DNA of 64,000 nt from Lachnospira sp. (GTDB lineage: Bacteria; Bacillota; Clostridia; Lachnospirales; Lachnospiraceae). This document shows, in pieces, positions 46,060-56,192 of this stretch. The position numbers and the translations under genes are program-made. A model generated the notes under the pieces. That model was not told where the DNA came from, ran no database searches, and was given only the letters and a program-made list of their open reading frames with translations. Positions within the stretch are counted from its first letter, which is position 1; every line of letters starts with the position of its first letter. Where the stretch lies: contig SVDX01000002.1 in the NCBI GenBank assembly GCA_015057605.1, positions 24,312-88,311 on the forward strand, in the 5' to 3' direction.

Positions 46060-46290
46060 TTAATTCATTGCATTCTTGATTTGTTCTACTGCATCGCCTA
46101 CTGATACAATGCTTTCAGCTGCTTCATTAGCGATTTCGATGTCGAATTCTTCTTCAATACCCATAATAATTTGGAATACGTCTAATGAGTCTGCTCCTAA
46201 ATCATCAACAAATGTTGTCTCCATTGTAATTTCATCAGCGTCTACATTTAACACTTCTGCAATAATTCCTTGTAATTTTTCAAATTCCAT
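46060..46290 (-). CDS. acpP: acyl carrier protein
   Basis: 76 aa with the DLGADSLD phosphopantetheine site. Confidence 0.95.
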   Translation of the reverse strand: MEFEKLQGIIAEVLNVDADEITMETTFVDDLGADSLDVFQIIMGIEEEFDIEIANEAAESIVSVGDAVEQIKNAMN

Positions 46291-46302
46291 TCTTCCTACC
46301 TT

Positions 46303-47325
46303 TTACACATCAGCAACTTCTTCTACTGACATGGCCTTTCTAATTTTTTCATTAATTTCTTGTTCTTTGAAAGTAACACATTGAATAATTGAATTAGTTA
46401 CTTCCCTTGCTTTTGAACTGCCATGTGCTTTTACCACAAGACCATTCAATCCAATGAGCGGCGCTCCACCATACTTACTTCCATCTAATTCCTTTAATGT
46501 CTTTTTAAGTGATGGTTTTACAAGTAATGCACCAATCTTTCCACGAAGAGATGACATCATACCATCTTTAATAGCTTTGATTAAAGATGCTGCCATACCT
46601 TCATATAATTTTAGGATAACATTTCCAACAAATGCTTCACAAACGATAACATCCACATCGCCATTTGGAATATCTCTTGCTTCAATGCTTCCTACAAAGT
46701 TGATATCAGGACAATTCTTTAATAATGGAAATGTCTCCTTTACCAACATATTGCCCTTTTCTTCTTCAGCTCCATTGTTAACAATTGCAACCTTTGGACT
46801 CTTGATACCTACTATGTTCTCCATATAGATAGAACCCATCTTTGCAAACTGTACTAAATGCGATGGTCTTGCATCAACATTAGCACCACAGTCAACTAAC
46901 AATGTTACGCCCTTCATAGTTGGTAATAATGGTGCCAAAGGAGGTCTCTCCACACCTTTAATTCTTCCAACTATTACTTGTCCGCCTACAAGTACAGCAC
47001 CTGTACTTCCACACGATACAAAGGCATCTGCTTCACCATTTTTAACCAAATTCATAGCAACTACGATTGAAGAATCCTTTTTCTTCTTAATTGCCATAAC
47101 TGGTGGCTCTTCAGTAGCTATTACTTCAGTGGCATTAACAACTTCAATATTCTTATCATTATATGTGTACTTAGAAAGCTCACTGTTTATGACATCTTTT
47201 TGTCCAACTAACTTAATCTTGATGTTGGCATTAATATTGATTGCATCTACTACACCTTTAATTATCTCAACAGGTGCGTTGTCACCACCCATAGCATCCA
47301 CTGCTACAGTAATCATATTATCCAC
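46303..47325 (-). CDS. plsX: phosphate acyltransferase PlsX
   Basis: (V)DNMITVAVDAMGGDNAP start. A GTG at 47325 lies 8 nt after AGGAGG. The alternative is the ATG at 47316. The long track ORF is an over-extension. Confidence 0.9.
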   Translation of the reverse strand: MDNMITVAVDAMGGDNAPVEIIKGVVDAININANIKIKLVGQKDVINSELSKYTYNDKNIEVVNATEVIATEEPPVMAIKKKKDSSIVVAMNLVKNGEADAFVSCGSTGAVLVGGQVIVGRIKGVERPPLAPLLPTMKGVTLLVDCGANVDARPSHLVQFAKMGSIYMENIVGIKSPKVAIVNNGAEEEKGNMLVKETFPLLKNCPDINFVGSIEARDIPNGDVDVIVCEAFVGNVILKLYEGMAASLIKAIKDGMMSSLRGKIGALLVKPSLKKTLKELDGSKYGGAPLIGLNGLVVKAHGSSKAREVTNSIIQCVTFKEQEINEKIRKAMSVEEVADV

Positions 47326-47356
47326 AACATTTTCCTCCTTGCTGTTTCTATTACAT

Positions 47357-47385
47357 AATATACTAAAAAACTTTCTATAAATCAA
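47357..47385 (-). promoter_or_regulatory. sigma-A type promoter for plsX-acpP
   Basis: Minus strand has TTGATT, a 17-nt spacer and TATATT. Confidence 0.45.
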
Positions 47386-47410
47386 TATATTTTTTACATA
47401 AAAATAAGAT

Positions 47411-47443
47411 AAAAAAAGTGGAGATATTAAATAATATCTCCAC
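47411..47443 (-). terminator. rho-independent terminator after rpmF
   Basis: Minus strand reads GTGGAGATATT-ATTT-AATATCTCCAC followed by TTTTTTTATC. Confidence 0.75.
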
Positions 47444-47456
47444 AAATATACTTTAA

Positions 47457-47639
47457 TTAGTTTTCAACTGAAACGATTTCCTTCTTGTTATAAGAACCAC
47501 AAGCCTTGCACACTCTGTGAGGCATCATTAATTCTCCACACTTGCTGCACTTAACTAAGTTTGGAGCGCTCATTTTCCAGTTAGCTCTTCTCTTATCTCT
47601 TCTAGCCTTTGAAGATTTATTCTTTGGACAAATAGACAT
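47457..47639 (-). CDS. rpmF: 50S ribosomal protein L32
   Basis: MSICPKNKSSKARRDKRRANWK plus a CxxC...CxxC zinc ribbon. An AAGGAGG SD is present. Confidence 0.9.
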   Translation of the reverse strand: MSICPKNKSSKARRDKRRANWKMSAPNLVKCSKCGELMMPHRVCKACGSYNKKEIVSVEN

Positions 47640-47641
47640 GA

Positions 47642-48169
47642 TCACACCTCCTTAAAATTGTTAAAAATATCTCGGATAACCGACATTCTCGGGTCAAGAA
47701 CCTCTCTATCGCAATCACAAGTTTCGATATTGAGATTCGCACCACATCTATTACAAATTCCATTACAATCTTCCTTGCAAAGAATCTTCATAGGTAAATT
47801 AATTAAAATCTCGTCATAAACTAACTTGTCTACATCAAGGTTATATCCATCAATATAGTTTTGTTCATCTGTCTCTTGCTCAGTATCTGAATTATCCACA
47901 TTCATATCAGCAGTTCTTTCTATCTCTATGTCGATAGGTGTTAAAACTTCCTGCAAACATCTGTCACACGGTATTGAAAGAACTAATCTCGTCTTACCCT
48001 TTATAGATATCTCTCTGTTTCCATGATGAGTTATCTCCAAAGAGACCTTATCACTCTCTAACACCTTGTATACACCAAGTCTCGACTCAAAAGCTTCAAA
48101 CTCAATATCTGCCCGATATTCCTTTGACTTTCCTTTAACTGTCAAAAGTTCTGATAAATTAATTAGCAT
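47642..48169 (-). CDS. yceD: YceD-family (DUF177) protein
   Basis: C-terminal Cys cluster CKEDCNGICNRCGANLN. Conserved position upstream of rpmF. Start at the ATG after GGAG. Confidence 0.85.
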   Translation of the reverse strand: MLINLSELLTVKGKSKEYRADIEFEAFESRLGVYKVLESDKVSLEITHHGNREISIKGKTRLVLSIPCDRCLQEVLTPIDIEIERTADMNVDNSDTEQETDEQNYIDGYNLDVDKLVYDEILINLPMKILCKEDCNGICNRCGANLNIETCDCDREVLDPRMSVIRDIFNNFKEV

Positions 48170-48195
48170 AATTGTCTCCAATTCACACTTTTACT

Positions 48196-48224
48196 ATTAT
48201 ACTTATGGGTGTAGCATTTGTCAA
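48196..48224 (-). promoter_or_regulatory. consensus sigma-A promoter for yceD-rpmF
   Basis: Minus strand has TTGACA, a 17-nt spacer and TATAAT (both hexamers are perfect). Confidence 0.65.
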
Positions 48225-48236
48225 CAATTTTTTAAA

Positions 48237-49430
48237 TTATTTTACTAATGCCAATGTATCTCTTGCAATTGCAAGTTCTTCATTAGTAGGTATTACTAAT
48301 ACCTTTACCTTTGAATCTTCTGTAGAAATAACGATTTCCTCGCCTCTAATAGCATTCTTGCTTTCGTCAACTGTGATTCCTAAATATCCTAAGTATTCAC
48401 AAATTTCTGTTCTTGCTGATGCAGCATTTTCACCAACACCTGCTGTAAATACGATACAATCAACACCATTCATAGCTGCTGTGTAAGCACCGATGTACTT
48501 AGCTACCCTGTATGCAAATACTTCTTTTGCCTTCTTTGACTTGTAGTCACCATTAGCAGCACCACTTGTAATATCTCTATAGTCACTTGAGCTTTCTGAA
48601 ACACCAAGTAAACCAGACTTCTTATTTAAAATGTTCATAACTTCTGAAAGTGATAAATTTTCCTTCTTAGCGATGAATTCTAAAACTGCTGGATCAAGAT
48701 CGCCTGAACGTGTACCCATTAAAACACCTTCAAGTGGTGTAAGACCCATTGATGTATCTACTGATTTACCATACTTAACAGCTGTTACTGAAGCACCGTT
48801 ACCTAAGTGACAAACGATAGTCTTAAGTTCTTCTACTGGCTTATTTAATACAGCACCTGCTCTTTGTGATACGAACATATGGCTTGTACCATGGAAACCA
48901 TATCTTCTAACCTTATAGTTTTCATAGTACTTATATGGAATACCGTAAAGGTATGCGTAATCTGGCATTGTCTGATGGAAAGCTGTATCAAATACTGCTA
49001 CCATTGGAACATTTGGCATCAATTCCTTACATGCATTGATACCAATTAAGTTTGCTGGGTTATGTAATGGAGCTAAATCACTACATTCTTCAATAGCCTT
49101 AATAACTTCATCTGTAATAACTGTTGATGAAGCAAACTTTTCTCCACCATGAACTACTCTGTGTCCTACAGCGCCAATTTCTTCTAATGATGAAATAACG
49201 CCTGTCTTTTCATTGATTAAAGCATCAATTACCATTTGAATAGCCTGTGTATGTGTAGGCATTGGAGCTTCAAGTGTTTCCTTTTCGCCACCTGTTGGCT
49301 GATATACCAAATTACTGCCTTCGATACCAATTCTTTCGCATAAGCCCTTTGCTAAAACTGCTTCTGTATCTGAGTTGATTAACTGGAACTTCAATGAAGA
49401 ACTTCCACAATTGATTACTAAAATATTCAT
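48237..49430 (-). CDS. ackA: acetate kinase
   Basis: [17 protein letters not shown] start with family-typical sequence throughout. Confidence 0.95.
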   Translation of the reverse strand: MNILVINCGSSSLKFQLINSDTEAVLAKGLCERIGIEGSNLVYQPTGGEKETLEAPMPTHTQAIQMVIDALINEKTGVISSLEEIGAVGHRVVHGGEKFASSTVITDEVIKAIEECSDLAPLHNPANLIGINACKELMPNVPMVAVFDTAFHQTMPDYAYLYGIPYKYYENYKVRRYGFHGTSHMFVSQRAGAVLNKPVEELKTIVCHLGNGASVTAVKYGKSVDTSMGLTPLEGVLMGTRSGDLDPAVLEFIAKKENLSLSEVMNILNKKSGLLGVSESSSDYRDITSGAANGDYKSKKAKEVFAYRVAKYIGAYTAAMNGVDCIVFTAGVGENAASARTEICEYLGYLGITVDESKNAIRGEEIVISTEDSKVKVLVIPTNEELAIARDTLALVK

Positions 49431-49462
49431 AATTAAAATCTCCTTTAAATTTTACATTTTCG

Positions 49463-49584
49463 CCATGCCACACCTCACAAGCTTACGCTTGTTCGTTGTC
49501 GCGGTATCGCCGTATACATACGAACACGAATTTGCCTGCCCGCAAGCAAGCTCCCGACAGCCAATTCATTTCATCTGTGCATGG
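49463..49584 (-). other. GC-rich, apparently structured intergenic element between pta and ackA (candidate cis-regulatory or small RNA)
   Basis: Closing helix CCAUGCACA / UGUG(G)CAUGG. Inside it are ACAAGC-GUAA-GCUUGU (GNRA loop) and UGUUCGU...ACGAACA. The G+C content is clearly above that of the flanks. Confidence 0.35.
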
Positions 49585-49598
49585 TTCATGCTAACGCG

Positions 49599-50594
49599 TC
49601 ACATCATTTGTGCCTGTACTGCTGTAATAGCAACAACACCTACGATATCTTCTGCGCTACAACCTCTTGATAAATCATTTACAGGCATAGCAATACCCTG
49701 ACAAACTGGACCGTAAGCTTCTGCTTTTGCTAATCTTTGAACTAATTTGTAACCGATGTTACCTGCATCTAAGTCTGGGAATACTAATACGTTAGCCTTA
49801 CCTGCAACTGTACTGTTAGGAGCCTTAGAAGCACCAACACTTGGAACGATTGCAGCGTCTAACTGTAATTCACCATCAACCTTAAGGTTTGGATACTGTT
49901 CCTTTGCAATTCTTGTAGCTTCAACCATCTTATCAACGTCTGCATGCTTAGCACTACCCATTGATGAGTGTGATAACATAGCTACTAAAGCTTCTTTACC
50001 TGTTAATGATTCAAATGATTCAGCTGATGAAGCAGCGATTGCAGCTAATTCTTCTGCTGTTGGGTTCTGATTTAAACCACAGTCTGCAAATACAAATGTA
50101 CCTTCATCGCCAAATTCACAATTAGGAACCTTCATTAAGAAGAATGTAGATACTAATTTAGTACCTGGCTTTGTCTTAATAATTTGAAGAGCTGGTCTTA
50201 ATGTGTTAGCTGTTGAGTGACAAGCACCTGATACTAAACCATCTGCATCGCCTGCCTTAACCATTAAGCAACCAAATGTAGCATAGTCAGACAACATAGT
50301 CTTTTCAGCTTCTTCTGGTGTTAAGCCCTTAGATTTTCTTAATTCTACAAATAAATCAATATATGCCTGCTTCTTTTCGCAAGTAAATGGATTAACAATA
50401 ATGGCCTTTGAAATATCTAAGCCTTCACTGTTCTTAGCAACTTCTTCCTCTGTACCAATAATAACAACATTGGCAAAATCTTCCTTTAAAATAGTCTCAG
50501 CAGCTTCAAAAATTCTTCTATCCATTGATTCTGGTAAAATGATAGTTTTTTTGTCTGCTTTTGCTTTTGCTTTAATTTCGTCAATAAATCCCAT
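49599..50594 (-). CDS. pta: phosphate acetyltransferase
   Basis: MGFIDEIKAKAKADKKTIILPES start (GGAAGGAG SD 10 nt upstream), about 331 aa. Confidence 0.9.
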   Translation of the reverse strand: MGFIDEIKAKAKADKKTIILPESMDRRIFEAAETILKEDFANVVIIGTEEEVAKNSEGLDISKAIIVNPFTCEKKQAYIDLFVELRKSKGLTPEEAEKTMLSDYATFGCLMVKAGDADGLVSGACHSTANTLRPALQIIKTKPGTKLVSTFFLMKVPNCEFGDEGTFVFADCGLNQNPTAEELAAIAASSAESFESLTGKEALVAMLSHSSMGSAKHADVDKMVEATRIAKEQYPNLKVDGELQLDAAIVPSVGASKAPNSTVAGKANVLVFPDLDAGNIGYKLVQRLAKAEAYGPVCQGIAMPVNDLSRGCSAEDIVGVVAITAVQAQMM

Positions 50595-50650
50595 GATTAT
50601 ATGACTCCTTCCGTTTAAATATTTCTCTGTTATAAATAACATTTGGAATA

Positions 50651-50679
50651 ATTATAACCGATTTGTGTATTGTATACAA
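50651..50679 (-). promoter_or_regulatory. sigma-A type promoter for pta-ackA
   Basis: Minus strand has TTGTAT, a 17-nt spacer and TATAAT. The -35 lies in the 10-bp palindrome TTGTATACAA. Confidence 0.5.
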
Positions 50680-50710
50680 GTTATTATCAAAAAAAATACA
50701 AAATATTTTC

Positions 50711-50739
50711 TTGCCTGTCACTATACAAAACACTATAAT
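50711..50739 (+). promoter_or_regulatory. sigma-A type promoter for tmcAL
   Basis: TTGCCT, a 17-nt spacer and TATAAT. Confidence 0.5.
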
Positions 50740-50774
50740 ATTTATTATAAATGTAATTGGAGGTCACAACCGAT

Positions 50775-52007
50775 ATGAAAACGCTCGGAATGATTGTAGA
50801 ATATAATCCATTTCACAATGGTCATAAATATTTAATAGATACTGCCAAAGAAAGAACTGGTGCTGATTGCGTCATTGCTGTTATGAGCGGTGATTTTTTA
50901 CAACGTGGCGGTCCTGCATTTATGTCTAAATATGACAGAACTCATATGGCGTTATTAAATGGTGTTGATTTAGTTTTTCAGCTTCCTGTTGTTTTCTCAA
51001 CTGCAAGCTCTGAATATTTTGCAGCAGCCGGAGTAAGCATATTAGATAAATTAAATGTTGATTATATGGCATTTGGCTGTGAAAATGATGATTATGATGC
51101 TCTATATTCATTAGCCAATACTTTAGTTCATGAACCTATAGAATATTGTAACGAATTAAAGAAACAACTTAGATTGGGCTACTCATATCCACATGCAAGA
51201 AATATTGCCTTAGATAAATATACTGGTAACAATAATTTATCTCTTTTATCCCCTAATAATATACTTGGCATCGAATATTTAAAGGCGCTAATCAGACGTA
51301 ATTCATCCATAGAGCCAATATTGGTAAAGCGAATTGGTGAAGGCTATCACAGCAAAAATATAGATTCATTATTCTGTTCTGCAAGTGCAATTCGAGAAGC
51401 CATTTATAATATGACATCCGTTACAGAATTAAACCTCCCTAAAAATATCGAGGATATCATTTATCGTAAATTTACACATTCTATGCCTATTGAAACAGAT
51501 GATTTATCCGTGATATTTAATTACAAATTATTAGACCTTATAGCTCATAACCCTGACAAAATAAGTACTTATCAGGATATGAATCCTGCAATTACAGCTA
51601 AAATCATCAATGAATATAGCACATTTACTCATTTATCAACCTTTATAAATACATTAAAAACAAAAAACTTTACTCATACACGCATTTCTCGCGCATTATT
51701 ACATATGCTTCTTGAAATAACCAGTGAAGATTTTGATGAATATTGCAAAAATGATTACTGTAATTATGCAAGAATTTTAGGTTTTACCAGCAAAGGACAA
51801 GAATTTCTGTCACAAAACAAAAAACTTGAAAGCATTAAATTCATAACAAAACCAGCCAATGCAAAATCCACACTGACTGGTTTAGATTTAAAAATGTTTA
51901 ATACTGATGTATTTGCTAATAGCATATTCAATCAAATTGAATTCGAAAAGTTCGGCGCAGAATTCTTCCACGAATTAACTATGCAGCCTTTAATGCTTAC
52001 AGACTAA
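50775..52007 (+). CDS. tmcAL: tRNA(Met) cytidine acetate ligase (YlbM/UPF0348 nucleotidyltransferase)
   Basis: [25 protein letters not shown]-like start, about 410 aa. Confidence 0.85.
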   Translation: MKTLGMIVEYNPFHNGHKYLIDTAKERTGADCVIAVMSGDFLQRGGPAFMSKYDRTHMALLNGVDLVFQLPVVFSTASSEYFAAAGVSILDKLNVDYMAFGCENDDYDALYSLANTLVHEPIEYCNELKKQLRLGYSYPHARNIALDKYTGNNNLSLLSPNNILGIEYLKALIRRNSSIEPILVKRIGEGYHSKNIDSLFCSASAIREAIYNMTSVTELNLPKNIEDIIYRKFTHSMPIETDDLSVIFNYKLLDLIAHNPDKISTYQDMNPAITAKIINEYSTFTHLSTFINTLKTKNFTHTRISRALLHMLLEITSEDFDEYCKNDYCNYARILGFTSKGQEFLSQNKKLESIKFITKPANAKSTLTGLDLKMFNTDVFANSIFNQIEFEKFGAEFFHELTMQPLMLTD

Positions 52008-53374
52008 TTCTTAAAGCTATGGATTGGAGCTGGTATTCTACCGCCTCTATTAATAAATTTACTACAATCAAAGCTATTAACTGGCATTACTGGTGCATAA
52101 CCAAGTAAGCCACCAAATTCAACCGTATCTCCGACCTTCTTACCTTCAACAGGTATAATTCGGACTGCGGTTGTTTTTTGATTTATCATTCCAATTGCTG
52201 CTTCATCAGCAATAATGCCCGAAATTGTTGAAGCCAAAGTATCTCCAGGAATTGCAATCATATCAAGACCAACCGAGCATACACAGGTCATAGCTTCAAG
52301 TTTTTCAAGTGTAAGTGCACCTTCAACTACAGCATCAATCATACCTTGATCTTCGCTTACCGGAATAAATGCGCCACTTAAACCACCTACATAAGAGGAT
52401 GCCATAACACCACCCTTTTTAACCTGATCATTTAACATAGCTAAGGCCGCTGTTGTTCCTGGCGCTCCTGCCCTTTCCAAACCTATTTCTTCTAAAATTT
52501 CAGCAACAGAGTCACCTACTGCCGGAGTAGGTGCTAAAGACAAATCAATTATACCAAATGGTATTCCCATTCTTCTTGAAGCTTCTTGCGCAACCAACTG
52601 ACCAACACGAGTTATCTTAAAGGCTGTCTTTTTAATAGTTTCACAAAGAACCTCAAAATTTTCTCCACGAACCTGTTCAAGTGCATATTTAACAACACCC
52701 GGTCCACTTACTCCTACATTTATTATGGCATCGTCCTCTGAAACGCCATGAAATGCACCTGCCATAAATGGGTTGTCATCTGGAGCATTACATAAAACAA
52801 CTAATTTTGCGCAACCAAGAGAATCCTTATCAGACGTAAGCTTAGCTGTTTCTTTAATAATTTCTCCTAACAGCTTAACTGCATCCATATTAATGCCAGT
52901 CTTTGTTGAGCCAACATTAACCGAGCTACATATTAAATCTGTAGATTTCATTGCCATAGGAATTGAGCGGATTAAAAGTTCATCGCTCTTTGTCATACCC
53001 TTTGATACAATTGCAGAATATCCTCCAATAAAGTTTACACCAACTTTTTTTGCTGCTCTATCAAGAGTCTTTGCAATAGTCACATAATCTTCCGGTGTCT
53101 TACATGCAGCACCACCAACCAAAGAAATTGGTGTTATGGAAATTCTTTTGTTAACTATCGGAATTCCATATTCCTTTTCAATTGCTGCGCCAGTTTCAAC
53201 AAGCTTACTGGCAATTCTCACTATCTTTTCGTATATTTTTTCATTAACCACTTCAAGGTCAGAATCTGCACAATCAAGCAGATTAATACCAAGTGTAATT
53301 GTTCTAACGTCAAGATTTTCTTTTTCAATCATTGCATTAGTTTCATTAACTTCAAAAATATTAATCATTTTCAT
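52004..53374 (-). CDS. UPF0210/DUF711 (PFL-like) family protein
   Basis: 456 aa with the family-typical start [30 protein letters not shown]. Paired with the upstream ACT protein. Confidence 0.8.
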   Translation of the reverse strand: MKMINIFEVNETNAMIEKENLDVRTITLGINLLDCADSDLEVVNEKIYEKIVRIASKLVETGAAIEKEYGIPIVNKRISITPISLVGGAACKTPEDYVTIAKTLDRAAKKVGVNFIGGYSAIVSKGMTKSDELLIRSIPMAMKSTDLICSSVNVGSTKTGINMDAVKLLGEIIKETAKLTSDKDSLGCAKLVVLCNAPDDNPFMAGAFHGVSEDDAIINVGVSGPGVVKYALEQVRGENFEVLCETIKKTAFKITRVGQLVAQEASRRMGIPFGIIDLSLAPTPAVGDSVAEILEEIGLERAGAPGTTAALAMLNDQVKKGGVMASSYVGGLSGAFIPVSEDQGMIDAVVEGALTLEKLEAMTCVCSVGLDMIAIPGDTLASTISGIIADEAAIGMINQKTTAVRIIPVEGKKVGDTVEFGGLLGYAPVMPVNSFDCSKFINRGGRIPAPIHSFKN

Positions 53375-53387
53375 ATTTTCCTTTTCA

Positions 53388-53660
53388 CTAAATTCTATGC
53401 ATTTTGTTAAAAATGTCTTCTCTTTGGCATTTTATCTTAACACCTATTGACTCACCAAGTATTTCCAATTCATCGCACATATCAGCAAATGCCTTGTTTG
53501 AATTATTAGTATCAACTATCATCATCATGTTAAAATATTCCTGCACGATGGTCTGCGAAATATCCAAAATGTTAACACCATTATCTGCAAGGTATGTACA
53601 TACCTTCGCAATAATACCTACTGTATCCTTACCAATAACTGTAATAATCGTCTTTTTCAT
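53388..53660 (-). CDS. ACT-domain protein (UPF0237)
   Basis: 90 aa, [32 protein letters not shown]. Confidence 0.8.
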   Translation of the reverse strand: MKKTIITVIGKDTVGIIAKVCTYLADNGVNILDISQTIVQEYFNMMMIVDTNNSNKAFADMCDELEILGESIGVKIKCQREDIFNKMHRI

Positions 53661-53674
53661 AACTTCTCCTTTTT

Positions 53675-54469
53675 TTAAAACTCTATAATATCAGAAGGGT
53701 CTTCCCTCTTTGCAACACTTATATTAAAATCCTTTGATTTAAAGCCATTTTGTGCTAAATCAATTTCATTTATTACGGTTTGATAAGCAAGCTCTGCATA
53801 ATTATTTTCTCTACTCAAATGTCCAAGTTGCACTGACAATAGCTTATTATGCAATATACTTGCAAGCAAACGCCCTGAATCCTCGTTTGACAAATGACCT
53901 CTCTTACCAAGAATTCTTTGCTTTAAATAATACGGATATGGTCCGACAAGCAACATATTTTTATCATGATTTGCCTCTAAAACCAACGCATTTACATCAC
54001 TTATCCTAACAGCAATATCTCTATTGTATTCTCCAAGATCAGTAACTACTGCAGCTTTTTTCCCTCTTGAACTTACCGTATAGGCTGATGGTTCATTTGC
54101 ATCATGTGAAATTGCAAATGCATCAACCACCACATCATTAAGAATACATTGATTACCTTTTATCACATTAAGTAATGCTTTATCAATCTCGTTACCACCC
54201 TTTGAACTTACAATTCCATCTATTGTACCCCTTGAGGCAAATATGGGAATTTCCGTGTTTTTTGTAAGCACTCTAAGGCCTGCAATATGATCAGAGTGTT
54301 CATGAGTAATAAAAATGCCTGATAAATCCGAAAGGCCAATGCCAAGTCTTGTCAATCCTTCCACAATTCTTTTCTTACTTACTCCGGCATCTATAAGGAT
54401 GTGTGTATCATCCGTACCGACATATGTACAGTTGCCACTGCTTCCACTGGCAATAGTCATCAATCTCAT
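53675..54469 (-). CDS. MBL-fold metallo-hydrolase (YycJ-like)
   Basis: HEHSDH motif, 264 aa. Confidence 0.8.
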   Translation of the reverse strand: MRLMTIASGSSGNCTYVGTDDTHILIDAGVSKKRIVEGLTRLGIGLSDLSGIFITHEHSDHIAGLRVLTKNTEIPIFASRGTIDGIVSSKGGNEIDKALLNVIKGNQCILNDVVVDAFAISHDANEPSAYTVSSRGKKAAVVTDLGEYNRDIAVRISDVNALVLEANHDKNMLLVGPYPYYLKQRILGKRGHLSNEDSGRLLASILHNKLLSVQLGHLSRENNYAELAYQTVINEIDLAQNGFKSKDFNISVAKREDPSDIIEF

Positions 54470-56178
54470 TACTGTTCCTCTTTATATAAATTAATATTAT
54501 CCATTGTAATTTTATTTTTACCATGCTCCTTAGAATAGTATAATGCCTTATCAGCTCTTGTCAAAAGCATATTTATACTATCACAGGTATTAGGATATAT
54601 AGCTGCACCAATACTTACATTGTAGCTTATATATTTTTTGATTTCGTCATTATATACCGCTTCATCATTAATAGCATCCTGAAGCTTATGTAGTATTGAA
54701 AGCACCTCCGGATATGATTTATTTGGTAAAATAAGACCAAATTCTTCTCCACCATATCTTGCGGCAAATATATTATTTTCATTAGCTATTTCCTTAACTT
54801 TATCAGCACATGCTTTAATTACACTATCACCAAATGGGTGACCATAGCTGTCATTGATTCTCTTAAAGTTATCAATATCCAAAATTGCTATTGCAAGACT
54901 ATCATATTCATTAATTCTATTCACATAATCTGCATAAACATTACTCAAATGCCAACGATTATATAAGCCCGATAAACCATCTGTGCGCGATTGTATTTCA
55001 ATCTTTTCATAAAGGAGCGCATTAATTATAAACATTTCAAGTTGCTTTACCATTGTACTAAAAAAGAAAATATTGTCCCTAAAGTAATTGTACTGTGTTG
55101 TACCAACTATAAACACACCATAGCCGTCATCTAAGCTGATAGGAGCAACAAGTACAGAACCTATTCCGAACTCATGTATTGCATGGTATTTTTCCATTGT
55201 AACTGAATTATCATAGGTTGTATATTCAAGTTCCTTAAACATTTGACACATATTAGTGTCCTTACACATTCTTTCAAGACGTTTAACAATAGCTGGCTGA
55301 ATATTTTCCTCATCATAATGCATACATTTAAAGTTAATATTATCATCATTGTCATAAAGCACAGTTGCGGAAAAGCTTAATTTAAACGTATCTAATACCT
55401 TTCTTAACGCACTGTCAACAATACTCTCAAGATCAAGTGTCTTTGAAAACTCCTGTATAAGAGTGTACTGCATCTGTATTTCTTTATTAGTTCTATCAAG
55501 ATTATTATAAGCTCTTTCAAGTTCAATTCTTTTACCGTTTAATTGGTCATTTACCGTAATGAGTTTATTTTGCACAACAGAAATCTTATCATAATCTTCC
55601 TTTAAACTTTCTATAATTCTTTCCTTTGCCATAATTTTTCTATCATTACGTGAAATAAGATTATAATAGCTGTATACCAAATAAGCAAATACTAATACAA
55701 ATACAATCATTGCAACAAGTAATTCAAGATAAAAATACCATTGCATGCCTGTATCTATCCTTATAATCACACCCAAAAGCAACGGTACAAAACAGGTAGC
55801 ACCCGCGTATACTATATCCATTTTGCTTTCAAATCTAAAAATCATCATATATTCTACAACAGTTGCAACCATAATAAGAAATACAATCATTGTACCTGCC
55901 ATATCAAACTTTAATGCTGTAGCCAAAAAAGTAAATACAACTACTTCCACGAATCGTATAGCAATAAGTACCGTCTTCTTTTTTAAATACGCAAACAACG
56001 ATAATATGTATTCTGTTATAAACAATATGCTTGAACATAGGCTTAGCATTACATATTCATCACTATCAGCGCCAACTATCATAAATATAAGCGTTACAGC
56101 TATAACGCAATATAAACATGCTACGTTCAATCTTGATAAAATTTTATGTCGTTTTATCAATAGTTTCATTTCATCCAT
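54469..56178 (-). CDS. membrane-bound diguanylate cyclase (multi-TM N-terminus, coiled coil, GAF-like region, GGDEF)
   Basis: GGEEF active site in ARYGGEEFGLILP. No RxxD I-site five residues upstream. Confidence 0.85.
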   Translation of the reverse strand: MDEMKLLIKRHKILSRLNVACLYCVIAVTLIFMIVGADSDEYVMLSLCSSILFITEYILSLFAYLKKKTVLIAIRFVEVVVFTFLATALKFDMAGTMIVFLIMVATVVEYMMIFRFESKMDIVYAGATCFVPLLLGVIIRIDTGMQWYFYLELLVAMIVFVLVFAYLVYSYYNLISRNDRKIMAKERIIESLKEDYDKISVVQNKLITVNDQLNGKRIELERAYNNLDRTNKEIQMQYTLIQEFSKTLDLESIVDSALRKVLDTFKLSFSATVLYDNDDNINFKCMHYDEENIQPAIVKRLERMCKDTNMCQMFKELEYTTYDNSVTMEKYHAIHEFGIGSVLVAPISLDDGYGVFIVGTTQYNYFRDNIFFFSTMVKQLEMFIINALLYEKIEIQSRTDGLSGLYNRWHLSNVYADYVNRINEYDSLAIAILDIDNFKRINDSYGHPFGDSVIKACADKVKEIANENNIFAARYGGEEFGLILPNKSYPEVLSILHKLQDAINDEAVYNDEIKKYISYNVSIGAAIYPNTCDSINMLLTRADKALYYSKEHGKNKITMDNINLYKEEQ

Positions 56179-56192
56179 AAGAAATTCATCCT

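Noticed and set aside
49375-49701. 108-aa plus-strand ORF spanning the pta-ackA spacer (internal ATG at 49465)
   Set aside because: It starts antisense within ackA and ends antisense within pta. It has no SD and an odd Cys/His/Thr-rich composition, so it is more likely a by-product of the GC-rich spacer. It cannot be fully excluded without expression data.
50670-50679. TTGTATACAA palindrome upstream of pta as a cre (CcpA) or Rex operator
   Set aside because: It matches neither the cre consensus (TGWAANCGNTNWCA) nor the Rex consensus (TTGTGAA-N4-TTCACAA). It is better explained as the -35 region of the pta promoter.
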